11,732 nucleotides of DNA from an uncultured bacterium (GTDB lineage: Bacteria; CSSED10-310; CAZUFC01): contig CAZUFC010000194.1 of NCBI GenBank assembly GCA_964619725.1, positions 1-11,732 on the forward strand, written 5' to 3'. Below the pieces are notes generated by a model. That model saw only the letters and a list, made by a program, of their open reading frames with translations. It was not told the DNA's origin and searched no databases. The first letter of the stretch is position 1. Every line of letters begins with the position of its first letter. This document shows, piece after piece, positions 1-7,245 of the stretch. Made by a program: the position numbers and the translations under genes.

Positions 1-1
1 G

Positions 2-367
2 ATGACCGAGGATTTCAGCTAATGAATGTTTTCCAAGCAGTGACTGACCGCGAAATAATAAAATTTGTGTCGTGTCCTTTCTCTTGATTCGTGTGATTCG
101 TGAGATTCGTGGTTGAAAATAAACCTTTCCCGGTTCGAGGACCGACTTACATTTTTGCCGCCGTTTCCTTAACGATTTTTATCAGAACTGCAACCACGAA
201 TCCCCCGAATAAGATTGCAGACATGACCGTGAATTGAAACTGATGAATGTTTTCCAAGCAGTGACTGGCCGCGAAACAATTAATCTTTGCCGTGTCCTTC
301 TTTCTCCTGATTGGTGTGATTAGTGAGATTTGTGGTTAAAAATAAACCAATACCGGTTCAAGGACCG
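2..367. repeat. Two diverged tandem copies (period ~221-223 bp; 2-144 vs 223-367) of a non-coding repeat containing 3x 9-bp GATTCGTGN sub-repeats; copy 1 probably continues left of the window
   Basis: The 25-mer ATGAATGTTTTCCAAGCAGTGACTG is identical at 22-46 and 243-267. The alignment is collinear at roughly 80% by eye, from ATGACCG (2/223) to GGACCG (139-144/362-367). The 9-bp units lie at 86-112 and 309-335. Confidence 0.9.
192..337. repeat. REP/MITE-like element with terminal inverted repeats AACCACGAATC ... GATTTGTGGTT
   Basis: 192-202 AACCACGAATC is the reverse complement of 327-337 GATTTGTGGTT (1 mismatch) and of 104-114 GATTCGTGGTT (perfect). No target-site duplication is visible. 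Confidence 0.55.
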
Positions 368-3300
368 TAACTGAATACTGCGGAGTCGTAGTTTCCGATA
401 ATATCGGTCATGGCGTAGTTCAGGAGCGCTGCGTGGAATTTGATGCCCTGCATGGAGTCTTCGCCGGTATCGGGCCATATGAAGTTCAGGATATCGATGG
501 AGCGGCTGCCTGGGTTGAAGTCTACCGGTTCATAGTCGAAAGATTCCAGCCAATCGGGATAGTAGAAGAAGATACCGTGAACGTCCAGGAGAACTGCGAA
601 GGGTACGTTTTCAAGGGTATCGGGGCCTGGATTGTATAAAACAGCGTAAAGTTCGAAGGGGTCATTCGGGCAGAAGTAATCGGCATTGATGTGAAGTGTG
701 ATTCCCATAGGAGGATTCGGCGTGCAAGAGGGGGATACGGAGGGTTTCACCGTTTGCGTTATGGTTGGCTGTTCTGTCGGCTTAAAAGTAGGCGTTTCGG
801 GAGTGCATGATGGAGAAGGCGTCATTGAGGCTGTTGATGTCGGAGTCGGAGTCCGTGAGGGAGTTTTTGTGGGGGTTTCGGAACATGTTGGAGTTTTCGT
901 GGGAGATTGGGTCGGAGTTGTTGTTTGAGTCCATGTGGGGACTACTGTGGGTTCCATTGTCGGCGAGACGGTGGGATATGGGGTCGGAAAGGCTGTGACG
1001 ATGCGTTTAGCGTAGATGTTCGTGTCAGCATCGCCGTCGCGGGAGCTTATCCAGGCGACGAATATCTGGTCAGCGTCGTTGACTGCCAGTGAGGGAGCCC
1101 AGTCATGCCCGGAGCTCTGGACCGTTTGAATCGGTTCCTGCCATCCGGCGCCGGAATTTGATGTGAACCAGATATTTCGGGAATCGAAAGCATCCGTTTT
1201 TCTGTAGGCCAGGTGGACTGCGTTTGAGGAAGCGGCGATGGAGGGTTCCATAGGCGAGGCTGTGTAGTCAGGATCGACGATGCTGGGAGATGACCATGAA
1301 CTGAGGTTGCCGTGAACCGTTTTGACGGTCAATCCTTGGGAAGTACCGGAAACGTATGCGATCCAGATTTCGCCGTTGTCCGTCACAGTTGCGGAGGGAT
1401 CGAATGCATCTTCCTGTTCGTCCGAAAGAACCGTAACGGGCGTCCAGAATCCGTCAAGCTCATACCGGCATACGACTTCCCACCGTCCGGCATTACTGCG
1501 GCTCCAGATCAGGTGAACATTGTCTGCATCATCAACTATGCATAAAGGGTCCTGGTCGTCCGGACCGATCTCCGTAAGCCGACCAGGCGCAGACCAGTTT
1601 CCTCCCGATTCCGGTTTCGTCGAAAGATAAATATTGGCTTCGGCGTCGCGCCAGTTTTCCCAGAAAAGGTGTATTATGCCGTCGCTCAAACATGCTGCCG
1701 GTTTAATATCGTATCCCGGATCGTTAAGGATGAACTGAGTCGATCCCCAGTATGATCCTGTTCGCTCTGCGGTTTTCAATTCCTGGTCGTAAGTGGCGTA
1801 GTTGAAGCCAGCGAAGAAGGCTCTGACCCCATCGCCCGTCCTCAGAATCATGGGATTCTCCTCCCAGTATTCGTAACCGCTGATGTCGTCCGGCGTTTCC
1901 CATCCGCTGCCGTCGTATCTCGAAGCGCATGCGCTGCATCTGCCGTCCAGGGCGCTCAACCAGGTTAACCATAATTCTTCACCGGCGCCGCCGATCAAAT
2001 AAGGCGCGGCATCAGAATAACCGCTCGTGCTGACCTTCGTTTCTATCAAGGTTTCACATGCGGGACTATCGGCATCGGGAACGTTTTGATCGACCTCTTT
2101 CTTTACCGCATGCGGAACGGCGGATCGGGATTCCTTATAAATGCTTCGGTCTGTTATGTTTACTTTCAATGTAGGGTCTCCAATAATGTTCATACCGTAA
2201 AACCACATTTCGTCATAATAATCGAAACCGTCCGATGCTTCATACTGAAACCATTCCAGAAAAGCCTGCCCCAGACATTTGGCCTGCCCCAGAGGATAAT
2301 AGAACTCCTCAAAATCAAGCATGCTGCCCACTTTGGCGCTGCCTACAGCGGCCAGGCCTCGGTCCGGCCGGAATACGTACATGACGGCGATGTTGTCGAT
2401 TTCCACGAAGCGTGTGTTGGAACAGGCGAATAACTGGTAAAAAAGGGCATTCGGGTCCATAATGTCCAGGTCGTAATTCATGTAGCATCCCGCATAATCG
2501 TAATATCCGTCTTTAAAAGTATGCGCCCAGGGGCAGGAATGCGCCATAATATGCACCCATTCGTATCCGGTGATAAGCCTGTCGCGATAATTGGCCGCGG
2601 TCGTCTGTCCGTCCTGATTGATTACTGTAACGTCGGAATAAGCGTAATTCAGACCCACATTGGAATAGGGCCAGTCGTCGTCATTGAATGCCAGGGCCCT
2701 TTGGGGAACTCCCAGGCCTTCCGTCCGGTAAGTGTGAGCTTTATCGAAATAATTCCTGGTTAAAGATATTTCATAGTCCCAGCTTATATGATGAGCATTG
2801 ATACGGCCGACCCAGATTTCGGGTGAAACGGCTCCCGAATGGGAATCGTAAAGTCCGTCCGAGTTATTATCGGACCAATTGCCGTTGAGGTCCATGAAGT
2901 ACAGATCAATGGGAAATTCTTCTCCGTCGAAATGGTACCAGGCCAGGGGAGTTTTTCCGACAAAAACGGCTCCGGCCAATCCTTCCGGCAACCAGGTTTG
3001 AAGCAGCGCTTTTACATCTTCAGCCGTACCGCCGCCCAGCGACTGAGTTTCAACGTCATATCCTTCAGCCTCCAGGTCTGCTGCATAAGAGGTTAGCTCA
3101 CTCGTCAATAAAGTCGAGAGACGCTCATTGACAAGAATGAGAACCAGGGGATAATCCCGTATTTCCCGGCATCTTGATTTGAAAACCGGGCCCTCTTCCC
3201 GGGTGGAATACAGTTTTTCGCAACGGATGGATTCAAAGGGCGCGGAATTGAGCCGGTATTCATTATAAGTCAAAGGACTCCGGTTTAAAGGGTCCATCCA

Positions 3301-3408
3301 CTGCAAACGCTGCACTTCCTCAAGATTGCGTTTGCCGGATACAGGCTGCGCCGATATGGCCAGAATAAAAATTAGGGCGAAACTGATGAAATAATGACCG
3401 TTTTTCAT
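358..3408 (-). CDS. Secreted peptidase C25 (gingipain-like cysteine peptidase) + 7-repeat beta-propeller + Pro/Thr linker + conserved ~116-aa C-terminal domain
   Basis: 1016-aa ORF with RBS AAGGAG at 3420-3415 and a Sec signal peptide (MKNGHYFISFALIFILAISAQPVSG). C25 motifs: PEIWVGRI, HIMAH290S, LFAC329S (putative His/Cys dyad), GLAAVGS and IIGDPTL. aa ~465-805 hold seven ~50-aa repeats (P-x-hydrophobic...HLxW...IY...W-x-x-P). aa 808-900 are P/T/S-rich and aa 901-1016 form the CTD. Confidence 0.85.
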   Translation of the reverse strand: MKNGHYFISFALIFILAISAQPVSGKRNLEEVQRLQWMDPLNRSPLTYNEYRLNSAPFESIRCEKLYSTREEGPVFKSRCREIRDYPLVLILVNERLSTLLTSELTSYAADLEAEGYDVETQSLGGGTAEDVKALLQTWLPEGLAGAVFVGKTPLAWYHFDGEEFPIDLYFMDLNGNWSDNNSDGLYDSHSGAVSPEIWVGRINAHHISWDYEISLTRNYFDKAHTYRTEGLGVPQRALAFNDDDWPYSNVGLNYAYSDVTVINQDGQTTAANYRDRLITGYEWVHIMAHSCPWAHTFKDGYYDYAGCYMNYDLDIMDPNALFYQLFACSNTRFVEIDNIAVMYVFRPDRGLAAVGSAKVGSMLDFEEFYYPLGQAKCLGQAFLEWFQYEASDGFDYYDEMWFYGMNIIGDPTLKVNITDRSIYKESRSAVPHAVKKEVDQNVPDADSPACETLIETKVSTSGYSDAAPYLIGGAGEELWLTWLSALDGRCSACASRYDGSGWETPDDISGYEYWEENPMILRTGDGVRAFFAGFNYATYDQELKTAERTGSYWGSTQFILNDPGYDIKPAACLSDGIIHLFWENWRDAEANIYLSTKPESGGNWSAPGRLTEIGPDDQDPLCIVDDADNVHLIWSRSNAGRWEVVCRYELDGFWTPVTVLSDEQEDAFDPSATVTDNGEIWIAYVSGTSQGLTVKTVHGNLSSWSSPSIVDPDYTASPMEPSIAASSNAVHLAYRKTDAFDSRNIWFTSNSGAGWQEPIQTVQSSGHDWAPSLAVNDADQIFVAWISSRDGDADTNIYAKRIVTAFPTPYPTVSPTMEPTVVPTWTQTTTPTQSPTKTPTCSETPTKTPSRTPTPTSTASMTPSPSCTPETPTFKPTEQPTITQTVKPSVSPSCTPNPPMGITLHINADYFCPNDPFELYAVLYNPGPDTLENVPFAVLLDVHGIFFYYPDWLESFDYEPVDFNPGSRSIDILNFIWPDTGEDSMQGIKFHAALLNYAMTDIIGNYDSAVFSYGP

Positions 3409-3483
3409 TATTTACTCCTTACTGTTCTTTCATGCTGGAAAAAAATAGTCAGCCCGCATCTGCGGAGGGCAGTCGGTCCGGTC

Positions 3484-3523
3484 AATGCGGAAAAGCGATC
3501 AGCATTCTGTGCTTCCCCGCATT
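3484..3523 (-). other. 5'-leader RNA hairpin of the C25 gene
   Basis: Minus-strand AAUGCGGGGAAGC / GCUUUUCCGCAUU forms a 13-bp stem with two G-U pairs, which are mismatches on the plus strand. It begins at the predicted transcription start. Confidence 0.5.
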
Positions 3524-3527
3524 AATG

Positions 3528-3556
3528 AAATTATTCACTCACTGTCCCGATGTCAA
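3528..3556 (-). promoter_or_regulatory. Putative sigma70 promoter for the C25 peptidase gene
   Basis: On the minus strand: perfect TTGACA (3556-3551), a 17-nt spacer, then TAATTT (3533-3528). An overlapping AATAAT is an alternative -10. Confidence 0.55.
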
Positions 3557-3651
3557 TTTGATGCTCATTTTTGATCAATGCCTGTTTTTTGAATCAAATC
3601 GTTCCCGATTCTCCGGTTTTAAATGATGCGCGTGATTCATGACTATTGCTC

Positions 3652-3680
3652 TTGACAGTTTACGATTAGGAGTAGATATT
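3652..3680 (+). promoter_or_regulatory. Putative sigma70 promoter for the sppA-GT-C operon
   Basis: Perfect TTGACA at 3652-3657, a 17-nt spacer, then GATATT at 3675-3680 (4/6 match). RBS AAGGAGG at 3731-3737. Confidence 0.5.
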
Positions 3681-3742
3681 AAAAAGCCCTTGGACAGGCG
3701 GAGGCGTCTGGTTCATAAAAATGGATTCCTAAGGAGGACTAA

Positions 3743-5470
3743 ATGACTACAGGAGCAAAAAGACGATTGATCACCCCGGGAAGACTGATTGTTTTCCTGG
3801 TGATAGTCACGGGAATAGTAGGAATGATCTTGCTTTTCAGCCCGCAGAAGGCTTTCATAAAAAAAGGCAGCGTGTTGCATCTGAACCTGAAAGCTCCCAT
3901 TGTGGAGAAAGGCGAAATGAGTTTTTTCGTCTCACAGGGCATATCCTTGAGAAAAGTGTTGGATACTTTGGAGTCGGCAGCGGAAGATGATCGGATTAAC
4001 GGAATATATTTTCAGCCGGACAGGATTTACGGCAATATGACGCTTCTGGCCGAATTGCGGGAAGCGCTGATAAAATTTAAAGAATCAGGAAAATCCCTGA
4101 CAGCGTTTATGACGAACTGTTCGTTGCGAAGCTATTTTCTGGCGAGCATAGCGGATACCGTCTGCATGCTGCCTACCGGAAGCATCATTATGTTGGGAAT
4201 CAACGTTGAAGTGCCCTATCTTAAAGAAACCCTGGGCAAACTCGGCGTAACGGCTCAAGTCGTCACTATCGGGGACTATAAAACCGCCATGGAATTTCTG
4301 GAAGAGTCTGAGATGTCCTCTTATACGCGCGAACAAACGATGCTCCTGATGCAGGATTCTTTTGATTACCTGATAAGTAAAATTGCAGAATCCAGAAACA
4401 AAACTGAAGCAGAAATGAGGAACATAGTCGACAAGGGAATCATAGAACTCCAGGAAGCTGTGGACCTGGGACTTCTCGACAGGTTGGCGTATGAAGATGA
4501 ACTGACGGCGCAGTGGAAGCCTTCCGAAGATAAAGACCCGCTGTTGGTGGATTATTCCGCTTACTCGGAGGGAATGTCCTTATTCCAATTTGATATGGGA
4601 TTAGGCGATAAAATCGCCGTCATATATGGAAGCGGAATGATCGTGGAGGGTCGAAGCGGCAGCGATCCGGCGATGGGCGCGTTGATGGGTTCGGAGAGCA
4701 TTGTGAAAGCTTTTAAAGAAGCACGCGAGGATGATTCCGTTGTTGCGGTCGTTTTCAGGATTGACAGCGGAGGCGGTTCAGGCATCGCTTCAGACATTAT
4801 CCGAAGGGAAGTCGAGCTTACAGTCAGCGAAAAACCTGTAATAGCTTCATTCGGCAATGTAGCCGCATCAGGCGGTTATTATGTCGCCATGTCCGCAAAC
4901 AAAATAATAGCTCATCCCACAACCATTACAGGCTCTATCGGCGTCATGGGTTCTAAATTCGTTCTCAAGGAAATGTACGAAAAAATCGGGGTTAATATGG
5001 AAAGACTGCAGATCGGAGAAAATTCCGATTTGTTTTCCAGCAGCGAGAAATTCGATGAAGAACAGAAGGAGTTGCTCCGGAACCATATGCGGATTTTTTA
5101 TGAGGACTTCGTGAGCAAGGCGGCGGAGGGACGTACCATAAGTTATGAAGATGTGCACAGAGTAGCGCAGGGGCGAGTATGGAGCGGAATTAAAGCGAAA
5201 GAGCACGAATTGATCGACAAACTGGGAGGTTTTCAGGCGGCGGTTCGAGCGGCTAAGGTTGCGGCGGAACTGGACCCTGAAAAGGAGATGCCTTTGACGA
5301 TATACCCTCGACCCAAAGGATTCATCGAGCAGTTGGCGGAGATGATGAACATGGCGGCCTTTTTCCAGGACCCCCTGTCGTCGTATGAAATAGAGACGGC
5401 ACAGATTCGTAAGCTGTTTAATGAAGCCTATCTTTTGCTGACGCCCTACAGCTTTATAAAAATGCGATAA
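3743..5470 (+). CDS. sppA: Signal peptide peptidase SppA, 67K type (peptidase S49, tandem domains)
   Basis: 575 aa with an N-terminal TM anchor. Motifs: AAEDDRINGI, LREALIKFKESGK, GDYKTA (catalytic Lys), RIDSGGGS, VAASGGYYVAM (catalytic Ser), TITGSIGV, AQGRVWSG and LIDKLGG. Strong RBS. Confidence 0.95.
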   Translation: MTTGAKRRLITPGRLIVFLVIVTGIVGMILLFSPQKAFIKKGSVLHLNLKAPIVEKGEMSFFVSQGISLRKVLDTLESAAEDDRINGIYFQPDRIYGNMTLLAELREALIKFKESGKSLTAFMTNCSLRSYFLASIADTVCMLPTGSIIMLGINVEVPYLKETLGKLGVTAQVVTIGDYKTAMEFLEESEMSSYTREQTMLLMQDSFDYLISKIAESRNKTEAEMRNIVDKGIIELQEAVDLGLLDRLAYEDELTAQWKPSEDKDPLLVDYSAYSEGMSLFQFDMGLGDKIAVIYGSGMIVEGRSGSDPAMGALMGSESIVKAFKEAREDDSVVAVVFRIDSGGGSGIASDIIRREVELTVSEKPVIASFGNVAASGGYYVAMSANKIIAHPTTITGSIGVMGSKFVLKEMYEKIGVNMERLQIGENSDLFSSSEKFDEEQKELLRNHMRIFYEDFVSKAAEGRTISYEDVHRVAQGRVWSGIKAKEHELIDKLGGFQAAVRAAKVAAELDPEKEMPLTIYPRPKGFIEQLAEMMNMAAFFQDPLSSYEIETAQIRKLFNEAYLLLTPYSFIKMR

Positions 5471-5479
5471 TCCCCTGTT

Positions 5480-7003
5480 TTGAAAGGCCGAACCCAAATC
5501 AGGAATAATGCTGATAAGGCTTTCATCATTCTCCTGGCTGTTCTGGGAGGATGCGCATATTTGCCGTTACAAAGCGCCGCTCCGTTCGAGTGGGACGATC
5601 ATCAGTTTTCCAGCGCGGTAATCGAATTCAACATGAACATACATCATCCGCATCCGCCGGGTTACCCTTTGTATGTAATGGCCGGACGGGCGCTGCTGCC
5701 GGCATCTCGCACCCCTGCAGCGGCGTTGACGCTTTTTACGGCCATATGTGCTGCGATATCGGGACCGCTTATATATTGGCTCTTCCGAAGGAGTTTTAAT
5801 CCGCTGCAAGCCTTGTCGGGCGCCGTGCTGATCCTGGTTCAACCCGTCTATTGGTTCACAAGCCTCAGGGCGGTCAGCGACGTTCCGGGATTGACTTTCG
5901 TCTTATTAACCGCTGCGGCAGCGACATCAAAACTGAAAGACAGGAGCGCCGTCATTGCTGTTGCGTTGCTCAGCGCCGTTGCCCTCGGCATCAGACCTTC
6001 CAATTCCCTCATACTTGCGCCGCTGATGTTATATTTTGTCGTCGAAAGATCATTATGGAAAAAGGCCGGGCTTTTCCTGACAGGATTGATATGCTTCAGC
6101 GCAGCCCTGGCGACCTGGCTCGTTCCGCTTATCCTCGACACCGGGGACTTAAAACGATTCCTCGAATTATTCGCCATTCAAAAAGAGTGGGCGGCAGAGC
6201 ATGACACGGTATTTGCCGCTTTTTCCGCGGAACGGCTGATCCGGGAACTGAGACTCGCCTTCGTCGATATCTGGGGTACGAAGAATTTTGCGATCTGGAT
6301 GAATCTGTTTATTATCCTCGGTATCGGCGGTTTTCTCTTCAAGGAAAAAAAGAAAAATAAAATTTTCTTTGCAGCGGTTTTCCTGCCCTATTTGCTCTAC
6401 TCTTATTTTTTTATGAACTCTTTTTTCATGAGATACGCAGTTCCAGCCATACCGTTTTTGGTCCTGCTCTTCATGTGGGGATTAAATTTTATTCTGGGAT
6501 TTTCCCGGTTCGGCAAGGAAAAACTTATTCCCTTCATTTGCGCGGTGACCGCAGCGATGTTTATAATTTGGTCTCTCCCTTCATTTTGGGAATTTCATTC
6601 TGAACCGCCGCCGGTTCAAAAAGCCTTTCAATGGATTATGCGCAACTACAAAACGGAGAATACAGTCGTATTAGTGAACCAGTCTTTGAGACCGCACAGA
6701 GATTACCTGTTTTCAGAAGATTACCGGGTTAAAGTCGTCAAAGCCCCGTTTTCCAGGCATAATAAGGAGAAAGTTAAAAATGTTTTGAGCGTGAAACAGT
6801 CCGGTAGAAGACCAAAGGAAGCTGTCCCGGGTTATGAATTACTCTTCGAAGCGATGTATGAAGGAAAAGTAATGCGCAGATTAAGCGCCGGAAGGTATCT
6901 ATGGTGTGGGGTCTACGGGATGGAGGATGCTTCGGAGACAGGCGCGGATAAACCTGTGGAAACCAGGCTGAACCATACTCCGGGACCCCGTACGATGAAA
7001 TGA
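5480..7003 (+). CDS. Polytopic membrane GT-C-fold glycosyltransferase, DUF2723 / TMEM260-like (lipid-linked sugar donor; putative protein O-glycosyltransferase)
   Basis: 507 aa with about 10-11 hydrophobic segments followed by a soluble C-terminal domain. The acidic EWDD motif follows TM1, then HPPGYPLY (5651-5674), which is typical of DUF2723. The TTG start lies 9 nt after the sppA stop with no clear RBS, so the start is uncertain. Confidence 0.7.
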   Translation: MKGRTQIRNNADKAFIILLAVLGGCAYLPLQSAAPFEWDDHQFSSAVIEFNMNIHHPHPPGYPLYVMAGRALLPASRTPAAALTLFTAICAAISGPLIYWLFRRSFNPLQALSGAVLILVQPVYWFTSLRAVSDVPGLTFVLLTAAAATSKLKDRSAVIAVALLSAVALGIRPSNSLILAPLMLYFVVERSLWKKAGLFLTGLICFSAALATWLVPLILDTGDLKRFLELFAIQKEWAAEHDTVFAAFSAERLIRELRLAFVDIWGTKNFAIWMNLFIILGIGGFLFKEKKKNKIFFAAVFLPYLLYSYFFMNSFFMRYAVPAIPFLVLLFMWGLNFILGFSRFGKEKLIPFICAVTAAMFIIWSLPSFWEFHSEPPPVQKAFQWIMRNYKTENTVVLVNQSLRPHRDYLFSEDYRVKVVKAPFSRHNKEKVKNVLSVKQSGRRPKEAVPGYELLFEAMYEGKVMRRLSAGRYLWCGVYGMEDASETGADKPVETRLNHTPGPRTMK

Positions 7004-7008
7004 GCAGT

Positions 7009-7041
7009 CCGGCTGACGCCGGCAGCTTACAGCCCTTTTTT
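7009..7041 (+). terminator. Possible weak intrinsic terminator after the GT-C gene
   Basis: A short GC-rich stem (CCGGC-TGAC-GCCGG at 7009-7022, or GGCTG/CAGCC at 7011-7015/7030-7034) precedes T6 at 7036-7041. Confidence 0.3.
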
Positions 7042-7245
7042 ATTCGTTCTGGTTGACTAACTGTTTTCGGTCCGGAAACCGCTCTTTTTCCCTGGCGCTG
7101 CGTCAGGCTGCGAATTGGGTTCAACGGATAACCAGGCCGCCTCCTTCGCAAATCACAGCTTGCATTAAAATTTTAACAGGGTATCGAGTTTATGGAAAGC
7201 CTCAAATTAAAATGCCTGGTATATCAGCGCATGCGGGACGGGTCT

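Noticed and set aside
2-367. CRISPR array interpretation of the repeated 25-mer
   Set aside because: Only two copies ~221 bp apart, the intervening sequence is itself homologous rather than unique spacer, and there are no cas genes in the window.
358-708. Calling the shared C-terminal domain a T9SS CTD, PEP-CTERM/LPXTG signal or autotransporter barrel
   Set aside because: It is too long for a type A T9SS CTD and lacks the YPNP and Lys-rich terminal motifs. It has no TM helix plus basic tail, and it is far too short for a 12-stranded barrel. Remote homology cannot be excluded without a search.
698-928. Val/Gly-rich 76-aa ORF on the + strand
   Set aside because: It is the antisense shadow of the Pro/Thr linker codons (ACN/CCN read as GT/GG-rich codons).
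5525-5554. Lipobox-like LLAVLGGC in the GT-C protein
   Set aside because: The segment is better explained as TM1 of a polytopic GT-C protein, directly preceding the catalytic acidic loop.
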